Source of the DNA: Raillietiella orientalis
Taxonomy: Eukaryota
Direction: 5' to 3'
NCBI GenBank assembly: GCA_036172245.1
Contig: JAYWIR010000037.1
Location: 1,302,001 to 1,366,000, forward strand
DNA: 64,000 nucleotides
Shown here: in pieces, positions 23,800 through 36,599 of the stretch
Numbering within the stretch: position 1 is the stretch's first letter
Layout of the letters: each line of letters begins with the position of its first letter
Position numbers and translations under genes: made by a program
Notes under the pieces: model-generated
Database searches by the model: none
What the model was told of the DNA's origin: nothing
Seen by the model: only the letters and a program-made list of their open reading frames with translations

Positions 23800-24950
23800 C
23801 TGTGAACTGTTCAAGTGAATCTCATCGTAATGCGCAAAAGAGCCTCGGAGATCAACTCATGAAGATCTGAGTGATAAACAGCTGTTCTAACATTTCCATG
23901 GTCACACAAACATCTTGCTTTCCACAGCATCCTCAAAACTTACCAATGTGAACGATGAATTAGTCATCCTCTGTAGGTGATAGGGAAAGAGAACCGGTAA
24001 GGAAATTAGAAATTACAAGAAACGCAGTTCAAGAACAAGATGAGAAAAAAAAAAGAAAACACAAGCAAGAAGGAGGAAGAAAGCTATGTCCAAAAACACT
24101 GAATGGCATTCTTTTTCATTTACCGAACGAGATTTGGATGTATTCCCAGCTAGCATTTTTGCTTTTTGTCTTACAAGATGGCAGTATGAAAGACAAAGAT
24201 GCATGAACTCGTGCATTATAGCTCATGAATCTTTGCCCTTCATGAATTCAGCGAGCTGGGGACAGGCGATCATTCAAAGATTAGCATCTACATCGATTTT
24301 CCTGGTACCTGATCAAGAAACTAACAGAAATTCTCCGCGTGAAGACCGTCGCACACAAGATACAGGCTGCATTTTGAGGGTTTTATTTTCCTTTTCCATT
24401 TCTTTCAGAGCCCCCAGTACAGACATGAGTCAAACTTTACTCCTCGTTTAGAAAAAAGCAGAGTCATAGGCTATGAGCCTTGTGGGGTCTTTACAAGAAT
24501 TTTTGCGATGTTCTGCAAGCATACCTGGAAGCCGGCACCTCCCTGACAGCAAAAGCGACGAATGGCACAGTCTTCGTGGTTTCCGTTCCTGTAGCTCAGC
24601 AAACAAGTTCTTCGCACTGAAGAATGGAATGGGGAGGAAGGTTGCTCAAAACCAGAGCAGAAGAGAAGGAAAAAGAGCTCAGAAAAGCTGCACTGCTGCG
24701 GTTGTTTTGAATGCTTGCGGTTGAAGCGAACTGTCGAGCACCGATGGTTGCAGCCGTCAAGTACTTTACCAAGGGGCACTTACGGACAAATCATCTGCGT
24801 GTTTATCGCGTCGAACAGCAGCTGCCATCAACAGTCTCCGCAAACTGGAATCTTCAATCCAACGCATGCATTTCTGCCATGCTAACAAATCTTTTTCGTA
24901 AGCATAATGTTCAAACTGAGCTGATTCCTGTTTTTTACATAAAGTAATCA
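23800..24950 (+). mobile_element. Probable piggyBac transposase C-terminal remnant
   Basis: FCLTRWQYERQRCMNSC (cf. KW.D.R.V..LST), MSLVGSLQEF...SKSDEWHSL (cf. MGGVD..DQ...RKS.KWY), then a decayed Cys-rich tail (HLRVYRV...WNLQSNACISAMLTNLFRKH), in the expected order. Confidence 0.45.
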
Positions 24951-25449
24951 AAAAACGATTATCAAGTGAATATTTTAAAATACAACTTCCATTAGGTTGG
25001 TGATTTTCATTTTCAAGTCATCCAATTTCCATCTGTAAATACATTTATTGAAATACCAGCAGTTAAAGTACGTCACTCGTGATTAAATTTGAATAATCAA
25101 GTGGCCTACAATAGCTGCTAACCTTTTCTATAGAATACCGTTCGTTTGCTGATATTCCAAATATCCATGGCATTTTTGCGTGGAAGCATATCTTTACTCA
25201 CCCAGAAAGATATGACGATGAAAATTCTGTTCTTTGGACTTAGCCGGATTACATGGCTTCCGATTGAGGGTGCCACAGTCATGACCCCAAGTCTGTCTCT
25301 GTTCGCAAGCGACTTGTCTTTTATATATCGAAAGAATAGGGAAACGAAATAAAGTCGAAAGTCAGAAAGAGCCTTTTCTCATCCCGGATTGCTCGGCCAT
25401 TCATCTCTCATGGAATAAACAACGAAACACCATTTTATATCAGACTGAA

Positions 25450-26500
25450 TCTTGAACCTAAGAGGGATCTCAAGGTGCGCTGCAAGTGGGAGGGTGAAGT
25501 GGACACATGAATGAGTAAATGCAGTCTTCTAGTGCTCATGACTCTCGGAGCCCTGCGTCTTCCACTCGGTTACAAGAGGACTTTTATTTATCCAAAAATA
25601 AACATGCTGAGTAGGAAATGAGTTCCTACTAGAATTCTTCATAAAGTACAGGATACTGTCTCATGTGCAGCTGACCGAGGGAAAGAGATCTGGAGTGGCC
25701 AAGGGGAAAGATACAATAAAAAAGCCAAAATAAATAATGAGAGGTCATATGGACCTCAGTTGTTGACAGTTTGAGCAATGTTCCCCTTTTCCTTGCTTTC
25801 GGATGAGACCATCTTGCACGAAGCACGAAGCATGAAGATGTAGCACGCAGATGGATACGAAGGAGCTGACCCGCGCACCATTGCTGATGTGTTGCCTTTG
25901 CAAGGAGGTGTTGCCTCGATGCTGTGTATACAACATAAGGTAATCAATCTTGTGACGATGGAAGTTCATCTCTCATAAAAAAACTTCGCACGAGGTCTTT
26001 GAGAGTGTCGGTGTGACGGAAGCTCTTGCCCGATGCATTTCCAATCCAAAAGATCTCCTCGAGTCCAGTAGAAGGTGTAGCGGATTCTTGCAGCACACTC
26101 CCCACAGTTGGGGAAGATTGCCTCAGTCAAATGGTGACGACGTCTGCTGCAAACGCTTCTGCAGTTCAGAAATAGTACCATGTCCTTGAATGAGGAGATG
26201 AAGAAGCTAAAGATACGCCGAGACACAAAGGGTGATCACATGGTCGAAATAGAGTAAAGAATCCTTGCACCCGTATTCTCCAGGCATCTGAGAGGATCAG
26301 CTGCGCTACTTCCACCTGTATTATTTCACTGTTTCCATATATTCTCTTTCGAAAATACAAATAGAATTGACCACTTTACTACTGTTGGGTCTGTCTTGCT
26401 TAGACTTCATCTAGCAATGTCTCCTTGAAAGTGAAATCTCAGTTTCCATCACCTCATGGCACTCTTGAAGTTCTGAGATGTAAAGCTCCAGTGTTTGTTA
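25450..26500 (-). mobile_element. Ty3/gypsy integrase remnant
   Basis: VAQLILSDAWRIRV, AARIRYTFYWT (zinc-binding domain, cf. T.ARI...FYWP), IDYLMLYT and RWSHPKAR. Confidence 0.55.
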
Positions 26501-26799
26501 GACAAACAGGACTCGAAACTCAGTCTTCTGTAGCTTCAATCTGAGATTTAACTGTGCCTAGCATCTTCACGCCGAGTTTAGGGTCGCGATGTGGGACATC
26601 AGGTCTTTGAAACAGAACCTCGAACTCTGCAAACCTCACAGGACCTTTCTCAGGCGAGCATCGGCTCTGATGCTCTCTTCGTAATCCAGGGACAAACAAA
26701 AACTAGAGTTTGAAAGAGAACAACCCAACAAACTATAACACACCAAGCTATACGAGACCTTCAGCAAAAGGGGCTTGCCATCCACGAACCGACCAGTAC

Positions 26800-28000
26800 C
26801 ATTGCAAACTTCTGATGGGTTCTTGCTTGCCGCATTACTCAGGCAGATAACCTGCTACAAGGGTATCGCCTTCCTCCTACTGTTCTTCGGCATCTGCTTT
26901 TAGTTGGATTTGAGAGCATACATGCTGATGCTGGCCAGTCTCTGTCCGTGCACGCCGTCCATGGCCGCCTACGCAGACGACCTGCTTCTCCTGTCCATGT
27001 CCCATTTCCACCCCGGAAACGAGGCTCGAGGACTTCTTCAAGTTAATCCGCCAAGGTACATGCATGAGCGTTAACAGGAAGTGCACGGTCGTACCGGTGG
27101 CTGCGGCGTGGGAGAGTCAAGCCAACTGGATCGCCTAGGGATCTCCACGGGCAGGTAGTTCAAATACGTTGACGTTCTGTCGGGCGACTTTTGCTCGTCA
27201 GAAGCATGGTGGTCCTGCCTTCAAATGGCAGAGATGGCTCTTGGTCAGTTTCTCAACAGCAAGTTTGCTTGCAAGAGCAGGCCTCCATCTGGAACACTTT
27301 TGCTGCTCCCTCTTCGGCTCCCCATTTTTTGTTTGCCCACTCAAACTCGGTGAAGATCCAGGCGCAGCGCATCCTACACAAAGCATTGTGCGGCTCTGGA
27401 TGATTACGGATCCGACTGAAAGACTTGGTGGCGTCGTCGAAGCACGATTAGATCGGACTGCAAGTTCAATTCCAACATCTCTTTCTGTCTGGAAAAATGT
27501 GATCTTCCCATTGTGGTGCGCTCCGGCACGCCATATCCTCCGGCGATGCGCTGGAAGCTCAGCTCTTCTTTCGCTGCTGCCGCGCGACCTACGCTAGAGG
27601 ACCGGAGACCCGCGTCGGAGGTTTTGTGTTTGAGGCTTCCGCGTGTGGTACCATGCGTCGCAGGTTCGGATACTCTGGCTCCTACGGGCGCAAAAGTTTT
27701 AAGTACCTCCCCGGAAAAACTTGCTCCCCTCTCTTCTTGCGTATGTGTACACTTCCGTTTCTCTTTGCAGTCGACAGCAGGACATGATCCTCTTTTTGCA
27801 CTGGGGTCTGCGGTTCAGCAGATGTTGCATCACGTTTGAAAAGGGAGGACGCCTGCAGGGTGTTGCACATGCAAGGCGATCCAAGCTCTCCCACACTTGC
27901 TGAAGACTGAAGGCTTCCGCTGTGCGCGGGAATGTCCCGCATCAGAATTTATAAGTCAGGAGATGCATGCTGACTTCTGGCGCCGCTTCTTTTGGTTACG
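26800..28000 (+). mobile_element. L1/Tx1-like ORF2 fragment containing the RT catalytic core
   Basis: QG../LLFFGICF (~26860), MAAYADDLLLL (YADD at 26970-26981), GRLLLVRSMV, PPAMRWKLSS and RQQDMILFLHWGL. Confidence 0.8.
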
Positions 28001-28319
28001 TGTTCCGTGGAGTGGGTTCCGTACCAGGACTTTGATCTGCGTCGTGATTTCAATATTTCGCTGCAGCCCTAACGTTTGTCTACTCTCTAGAACTGCACCA
28101 ACACTTACGAAAAGCGACCTTCATTGCCTCTTTGTTGACGGAGTATGCAAAGGCCCCAACTGCCCAAAGTTGCCACAGTGATGGGCATTACTTTGTGAAG
28201 GCCATAGATGTGAAGCAGCCAAACTCTGCCGCCATTGCTGCGAATATTACTTAGAAATTACAGTTGTCTAGCGAGACGGCGAATGCTCAGGCGAGATCTT
28301 TTTTTTTTCTCAGTGCATC

Positions 28320-31300
28320 CTAAAGAGTTATTTTGTTTGTTTATTTGTCTATGATAAGCACAACTGAGTGGCGTATGAGAAACCTTTCAAAGCAATTTAG
28401 TGGATCACTTTTCTTCAGAGCAGGAGTCCCTTCAAGGCTTAAGGTGTCTCCCACAGAGATCTCCATACAGATTTCGCCCGACGGTTTCCCTCACGGCTTT
28501 CCGACAGAGATTACAGTGCGTCTCCACCTGCCACCCCCCAACACAAATGCCCTCTCCTTGCAGTATCAACTGCAGGGAGTCTTCCGTCTCCGCCACCGGG
28601 ATGGACATGGGTAGCAAGAGAAGCAGGCCACTTTTGCAGGCCCGCTTTCCTATAAGGGTTCGGTGCCAATAGAGGTGAAACTCCTTTCTTGCCTCGTTTT
28701 CTTAACCTCATGGCGTTCACGTAGTCACTACTGAAAGAAACACCCATAAACCATAGTGGCAGATGGAGAGCAGAAATAAAAGCAAGGTGAAGGTGAGGCC
28801 AAGGGATTCCAAGAGTTTCAGTGAAACCCTTTTTGCCAACGGACCACAATCCTTAGATCATCTGAAGTATACACTTGATTTTCTTCTTCCCAAAAGCACC
28901 ATCTTGAGATTGTTTCTCCCTACGACTCTCTTGTGAGACCTTCTTCAGCCGGAAGCAGTTCTGCAGCGACACGATGGCTTCCAGGGTTTGCCTTGGAACA
29001 GCATGCCTGCCCTGGCTTCACAAAGTAGTCTGATACTTTACCGGAACAGTTCCAAAAGCAACTTGGCATGCTCAGACTCTGGGGTGATGATTAGGTTGAG
29101 TGGGTCTTGTCCTCCGTGTAAGAGACGTACTTTTCAGAGCTGCTCGGGAGGAGGCGAATGACTTACCTGCCTCTCGTACGAGACTCGTGACTCCAAGATT
29201 CCGTTATGACTACAGCAATGAGGTGGTAAGAACTCTGCTAGTGGTGCATCGTTTCTTGGTGCTTTCCGAAGAAGAGCAAAAGAGTATCTTCGCCAACTAG
29301 ATGAACTTATCATAGGGCTGTCATTCAGCCTCTCCCAGCACACAAGCATTCTTTAGCAGCAACTGCAGAGAAAGTTTTTTTTGAAGAAGAGAGGAAGGTC
29401 TATTAAGTTGCGTGCTTTGGTCACGGCTGAGCCGCTCTCGACTAGCTCGTCCGGCAAGCAAGAAATCCCGAACTCTCAGTCCCTTTGCTCGATCCTGGCC
29501 ATGCACTCCTCATGGGAACGAACGTACGCGTTTGCAGAAGATATCAGCTTGAAAGTCAGCGCTACTGAAATTGATATCTACCACAAAACTGACAGAGGAT
29601 ACGTGAAGCGCGTACAAAAAGCAGAACTACGAATGGAAGCCTTTAGATGGTCCCAATCAAGTAGTTCTTGCATGGTTGAGCCAAGTGTGGTCTGCTGGTA
29701 GCTGGAGTCTCAGTTGGTGAAGGACAGGAGATCAGGGAATCTCGTCGTTCCCTTCTAGTATGGTGCATAAACATAGTAATGGGGCTCATTTTCATTTTAC
29801 ATGAAAGTTCACAAGGGCAAGGATACAAATTAGAATGACAGAGGAAACTCTCCACACAAATAAAATGTAGGTGGAACAGTCATCGATCTATGGCTCGCAT
29901 TTTGTGAAGAAATCTCGTTTATGTAGCCACAGAGGAAGGTGGAATGTCCTCTATAGCTGAACCACCTCGTTATTATGAAGTCTACTGGCACGCTAACTTT
30001 CAGTTAGGACGGTGATCTATCCTATGCTTCCAGCAAATCTCGTTTGAGTGTTGGATGATTTTGCAGGTCTCTCTCCGATGTCCTTTCACTTCTTCGGGAT
30101 TCGTAACATCTCGAGTACATCATTGTTTGCAGGTTCTCATGTTCTTGGAGGTGCACTACGATTTCTCCTACGGTTGCCAGAACTTCGACGAAAAGCGAAC
30201 TATAGGGATTGGCTCTCTTTCTGTCTTCTATTGCTGCTGCAGAGTGTTCCTAAATTACGCTGCATCCATGGAAGCCACCATGCCTAATCTCTGCAGTGCC
30301 AAGTCTCGCTTCAATCTTAAATTCCCTCCTGGAAAGATCTGGTCAAAAGTCAACAGATTCCACAGCTTCCCAAGCTGATCCACAACCACGGAATGCCCTG
30401 CGATCATAGTGTGTTGGTAAGTACCGTGGCTAATGATACGACGTGGGAACTTTTTGGAGATAATCTTCCTGCTCATTTGTTCGTTAATGGTGGACTCTCC
30501 ATGCTCAATCTTCTGCTTGGGAAAGCTTGCAGCCCATGCCTTTCGTCCCATAGCTCGATGAAGTTGGTCCCTTGGTCCCGATCTGCAGCTTTTGCTAAGA
30601 TCTCATTTTCCTTCCTCTCGAGAGTGGCCTCATGATGAGCATACGCCTCATAGTGCACGCTCCCGCGACCTTAAGTTTTTGTGTTTCTGCATAAGTATTT
30701 CTATTTTTGCAACCGTGCTTGCTCGTTGCCAGCTAGAAGAAACGCTTTTCTTCTATGTCACCCTGTTCCTGACTTCTCTTCTTGAGGGTTGCTTCTCCTC
30801 GTTCAGTCGGATGAATTTCTTATTTACTCGGCATCCTGCGGTTTCGCAAACCGCGGAATACGGTATCCACAATTCAAGTGTCCACCGCTTCTCCTGAGTA
30901 TCACCGCGAAGGAAGATGAGCAAGAAGCCATCCCCACACGATTCGCACGCGTGTTCTGTTTTTTTGGTATGCACCGTATCATCAGCTGGCAATGGTTGGA
31001 AAGCTCGGATTCTTGTTTTTCTATTATGCAAGTGCTTCTCATATCTCTGCTAGGACAGTTCCATTCCCTTGAACCCAACTCAACAATTCCCGTCTATCCT
31101 TGTCTGATGGTACCTTCTGAACTCGCTCTTTGACCGGCTAACGTTTTGTACGTGGCAGGATCTGCTTATGTAAGCTCTCTGGCCGGACTTTCTGAATACA
31201 TTCTTTTCTGTATTAAGAGGCACCTATGATGTACTATCTGAAGGATATTTGCCCACGTCGGAGGCTTTGTGGTTGAGGCTTCTGCGCGTGTCACCATGAG

Positions 31301-32230
31301 TCGCGGGTTCGAATACTCCGGCAGACACTCACGCCACTGCGTCGTTGGGTTCCGAGTTTCTCTTGCAATGGCGCTGATTGGCCGAGACATTCGGGAATGG
31401 CATCGGTGGTCGTTTAAGCCGGAGGCCCCTGATGAAGGCCGGAACAATGAAAGTCGACCTTCGGGTCCTTCCAGGAATCAAGGAGTGGGGAGTTCCCCCT
31501 CCGGTCGTACAACGGAGAGCAAACCCCCCACACCGGGGGATTCCTCCTGTTTCAACATGGAGCGAGGAGTCCTCACATATCCCGTTGTTCAAAGAAGCGG
31601 ACTCCCCCCTCTGTTGCGAGGGGGGGACCCTCTGAGTCGTCGCCTCTTCACAGAGTGCAAGGAAACAAGCGAGAGCGATCCCCCTAAGGGAAGCTGCAGC
31701 GCCCCTTCTGAATTTCGGAAGTCTCTTAGGGGTTCTCTTCAGAGGAGTGAACAGGAGCGGTTCCCTTGCGGGTTGCCTCCGGAAAAGAAATTCCTAAAAG
31801 CGGATCCTTTCCGGGTTCCCTTCAGAGAAGATGAAATGGAGAGGACCACTCCCCTTCCGGGGTGATCCCTCCGGAGAGAAGGAGGAAGGAGATTCCCTTC
31901 GGGACCCTTCGGAGACAACCAGGATGGGAGGTGCGATCCCCCCATCCGGGGAGGCTCCCTTCCCAAGCGTGAGAGGAACGGACTCCGAGCCCTTCCTGGA
32001 TTCATATAGGGCGGACCCACTCCCATCTCGGGTGCCCTATCCTGAAGAATTACACCCCCTAAGGGTTGCCGCAGGGGAGAGGCATTAAAAAAAAACAGTG
32101 TGTTTAAAAAGAGCCACGTGCGCCACGAAGCACGCGACCGGCTCTGAGGTACTTACCAAACCAAAAAAAAGAAAACTCTAAAAAAAAAAAAAAGCTAGGA
32201 GGAAAACAGCGAAGACAGAAGAAAAAGAAC
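28320..32230 (-). mobile_element. Degenerate 5' half of a LINE (5' UTR, S/P-rich ORF1, APE endonuclease, RT start)
   Basis: Minus strand, in order: T-rich leader (~32230-32090), S/P/G-rich region, PPTWANIL, LLSWVQGNGTV, HACESCGDG, YVYAP.../ERRDS with a decayed GDFN (~29775-29700), and GRWRRTVISV (~28520). Confidence 0.5.
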
Positions 32231-33064
32231 CCAAGGATTTCCATCATCATGTTTTCATGGATTTGTTTTTTTTCCATGGAAAACACCCTCTGTTTATAAT
32301 AGTTACTGTCCCTGAAGGCATTATTTGTTCGGTGGACTTTGGTAACACCACTCAGCCCTAAGAAGTTCTGCAGCTATGTCCATCTCTACATTAGGTAGCA
32401 GATAATTGGCATGTCTTCTCTGAAGCACTCTGCTAGTTGGCTGGGCATTATTGCAAGGTCAAATAGCAGTTAGCTGAGAGGACGTCCATGCTTTAGTTTC
32501 TTGTAAATGTGAATGACTCTCTCTGCTCGGCATTCTGCTTGTGTGTAATATATATATTGATGCATCAATGTATTAATTTTCCATTGTTTTTTTGAAGGCT
32601 GCCTACTTTTCTCTTCTGTGAAATCTTATAGATTAGTTTACATAGAATCGTTTCGAATTTCACAAAAATAAATACTTTTCAAGACTGCCTCGTAAAGAGC
32701 GAAACCTTTCTGCTGAGGGCAGTGGAAGAGTTATTTCTCAAGAGACAATTCCTTCCCCAACTGCAGAAACAGAGCCGTTCGTGCCTTCTACTATTTTGCC
32801 AGAGGGAGGCAGATCGAGAGAATAGAAAGGATCCGACCTCAATTCGCATGGGGAAGTTGTGGGCTCAACAGATCTTGGTGTTGAAAATACCTGGCTTCGA
32901 GGTGATCTTGATCGAAACGAACCAGGAAAAGAAGCCTGAGGAGTGTCCCATTTTCGTTGGATTTGACATTTCGGACTACCCAGGAAGAGTAGAAGTGTGG
33001 AAAACATGAACTTACGAGTAGTATCAGTTATAGAGAGAAGAAGTCCTAAGACGACCACACTCCC

Positions 33065-33500
33065 TTGGAGGTGTGTCAGTCCTACCCTCCCAATGGGGGA
33101 ACCACGCTAGCGTTCGCAACAACACCATCGCAGCAGCCGCCGTCTAAAGCGGCTGTGGCAGCGTTGCAGCGAAGAATGAGGAACACGACGGGGACAGCAA
33201 TGGCGAGGCCAACGAAGCCCGCCATCTTCACAATTGAACAGATGAAGAAGTCCGCGTGGAAAGAAGTGAAACAATTCATGTTCCGAATGGGAATGCTGCA
33301 ACTCACCAACATGCGAGATGTATACGTGGCATTCCACGAAGAGAACATTTTCAGACTACAGTTGCACACACGCTGCTTGAATGAGCTCACCAACCATGAG
33401 AGAGGCGACCGGAAGACAAGGCTAAGATTTTTCACCCGGTCACGCCCCGACCATACTAGAAGACAAAAGAAGTTTAATGGGAGTGCCCACCGACATGCAG
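33065..33500 (+). mobile_element. Possible LINE ORF1 N-terminal fragment
   Basis: Protein-like open frame (ARPTKPAIFTIEQMKKSAWKEVKQFMFRMGMLQL...IFRLQLHT) lying among LINE relics; no diagnostic motif. Confidence 0.25.
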
Positions 33501-34330
33501 GTCGGGACATCCAAAAATAGGGACCAGAAGGGAGGAAACTGCAAATATAGTGATATGGGAAGAATGAGGCAAGGGGTTTTCGTTCCTTCTTGAGAAAGGA
33601 AAACAAATGGGAAGGTCCGGGGCGAATCGGAGTAGAAACAATAAAAAAATAAATAATTGGAAGGTGAAAACAGGGATAAATGGTGTCGTCCGTCTCTCTT
33701 TTCAAAACCTGCGCTGGATATTTCTTTTTTCTGGTGATGTCATCATGTAATTGGCTGCCATCACGGTAATCTCCCTTCGCTGCGCCTCCACCTCGAGCAC
33801 ATGATGGGCCGCCTCCTTTGGAAGCGGGAGTGCGGAAGACAGCCTCCGCTCAGTTGATGGGTAGCACCGCAGTCCAAAAACAGCTGCAGGATCTACTCCA
33901 CCGACCCACGCAGTCCAGGGATGCAACTCCTTCCTTCCCCGAAGACTAGGTTGAGGCACTGACTGTACGGAAATCCCCAGTGCAGAAACAACAGAACAGG
34001 CTGTTTCGAGCTTCAGATGAACAAAGCTGAGATGGAACGGGCCATCTTCGTGGCACCAGACACTGCATTCCCAAACGATTGTCAACAGCGCTCTCATCTT
34101 TCCCTGCAACGGCTTCATGAGATCGTTCAGTGCATCATAAAGGCAGCACACGGAAGATAAGAAGCCGTCTCTTGAGAACAGAAAATGCCAGACGTCGACT
34201 CGCAACCACGATCCCTTCTTCGGTTACACAGACGAGATCGGGTCCATTCCGAAATGAGATGTGTCTTCAGGAGCATTTGGGAAGTATTCAGAGTGGCTCG
34301 AGAGAACTAGGAAAGGAAATATCCTGATGG
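33500..34330 (-). mobile_element. L1/Tx1-like LINE 3' fragment
   Basis: KQPVLLFLHWGFPY (~33970-34010, minus), followed by a decayed zinc-binding region and a pyrimidine-rich UTR. Confidence 0.6.
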
Positions 34331-34509
34331 TTCTCTCAGACTGTTTTCTAAGGAGATCACAATGTCAGTGAGTAGAGTCCACGTGGAACCATCGGCATCG
34401 CTGGACGAGTTAAGGTATCTTAGCTTCAGAAATCCATCGATCATAGTCGACTGAGGGAATTCACAGTATCGTCATGCACCGGATATAGGAAAAAAAAAAC
34501 GTATGATGA

Positions 34510-35620
34510 TGTATGTATCTAGTGGACCCATCGCCTCAACCAGTTCCATCCTTTGATACTTTGAGTCAAATGTTGGATCTCTCCCTGGTGTGCTACGGCA
34601 CCCGGCATCCTCCGGCGATGCGGGGTGCCGGGAGGGACGACTTCTTGCGTTGCTACCGCGCTGCGGATAGAGGATGTCAGGGTTCGGCTTTCCCCTGAAG
34701 CAACTGTTCTCATTGCTGGAATCCCTGCCTTGAATCTCTTACCGCTCCCAAAAATGGAACGCCTGGCGGCAGGAGCCAGTGGAGTCCTTGGTTGCTTCTT
34801 TGGAAGTGCAGAGGAACTGGATCCTCTGCAGAAACTCCTGTACAGGCCACTGGGGGATCTCCTGCAGAACTGGACGCTGTAATTCCGGATGGCTTCACAT
34901 CTCTTGCCGCAGCACTGTCAGCCATGAGGGCAAACTACAACAGCAGCCAACCGGCGAGGTGGGAGTTTGCCTGCAACATTACAGAAGTCAAAAAACTCCT
35001 GGACGGCTGCAAGACGGGCGAGTTAATGAACACAGCCACTTCTCGTTTCCGAGTGAAGAGACTGCTTTAATGAAGTTAACAGCTTGGTATACCTCCGAAG
35101 AACTCGTGGTCCCTCCCCTGTATATGGACACTCCTGTGTTCTCTCTCTGTTGGAAGCAAAATGTTCTGCTGTTTCTGCTCATTCCAGTGCAATCAGCTCA
35201 GACAGCTAGTTCTCGGGGAGTCATCTCTTTGAACTATTTAAGGACTGTCCTCCAGAGCGTGTGGCGGAAACTCGATTCGGCGGTCCGCCACTCGGAGGGC
35301 ACCTTTTTGGACTTGGTACGGCGTTTCTTCACTCCATAAGGGCTAACGGAGGGCGCTGTGATCGCAACTATCTGTTACCTCTTCTCCATAGTGACAGACT
35401 CTCTGTGTGTCGGACACACTTTGCAGCGAAGGGAAGCATGTAACTTGTCTTACCTCCCTGTCCTTTTTTTTCATTTATTGTCCCTTCCCTCCATTCCCTA
35501 CTTCCTCAGAAGCTGACCTGCATACCAGTGGTCATCCTCAATGAACATTTTTGGTTTTCTGACAACTTTTGTAAGTAGGGAATACTGTTTTCTTTATTTG
35601 TGAATAATTTTTTAATTAGA
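34510..35620 (+). mobile_element. L1/Tx1-like LINE 3' portion
   Basis: TRHPPAMR, QPARWEFACNITEVKKLLDGCKTGEL and CWKQNVLLFLL; collinear with 60780-61400 and 12800-13120. Confidence 0.75.
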
Positions 35621-36599
35621 GGTCTAGAGGTGGCCGAGTACAAACTCCACCTCAATCACGCTATATGACGGTTCGATTTACAACACAAGGAGATTCAGGA
35701 GCGCCAAGGTAACCAATGAGCGACTCTGGTGCTTCGGTTGCGCAGCGCGCGCCGGACACAGTGCTCTGGTATAATGTGTCTTAAAAAAGAGATACTGGTT
35801 TGAAATTTGGAGAATGGAACCTACCGGATCGCTGGAGATACAGAATCAGTGTTGAGGATGCGGTCTGGATATTCCGATGTAGACCTCCAGGAGTCGAGTT
35901 CGGGCATCAGCATGGATGCTCTGCCCGGACTCGGTGCCTGAACACAATGCCTCCCTAGACCATCGACCTTGTCACGTGGAGGTTAGAGTCACATGAATGC
36001 GAAAGAAGCGAATCGATCTTTGGTAACTTTCGTATCTTTGATACCGAGCTACGAGTCTCCAGCGAGAGGATTCCTCAGCTGAAGAATTCTAGGTTGATAC
36101 CGCAGTCATCTGGGAGAAGATTGTGCAGATAGTTAGAAAGGACTTAGCCTTTTTCTTCTCCGGTATCCCCCAAATTTTCAAATTTGAGCTATTTCTTCAG
36201 GACAAACGCATCAGCAAAACGGGATGGTAAGGTCACTCCATAGCTGTGCAAGCGTGTCTCGCAATTATCCATAGACTGGTTGGATCGCTTGCAGTGCTAC
36301 AGAAAATTTGTTTTCCGCAAGCAAAGTGAAGAAAAAATCTCTTTGAAACTCGATGTTTTTCTGGCTTTTGGCATTTGGGGTTTGTCCTGAATGGACAGCT
36401 GAGATCTTCACACTAAGCATTAATGAGGAATAACGTACCGGGATATCTCTGAGAGTCAAGCATAGCAAAATTCGAGTCTACGAGCACTCTGAGCCGCTGA
36501 AAGGTAGTCCAAAAGTGAACATGAAAGCAGTTTATTCTCTTTTCTTACAGCATGCATTGCGCCCGCATTTCTTCCCAAGATCAGGTTCGAAGAGGGCAG

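Noticed and set aside
22779..25090. Complete piggyBac with terminal inverted repeats
   Set aside because: TTAA-CCC is present on the left, but I found no matching GGG-TTAA right end.
33082..34205. 207-aa and 167-aa minus-strand ORFs as genes
   Set aside because: Off-frame readings of a LINE 3' fragment and its UTR; no coherent protein signal.
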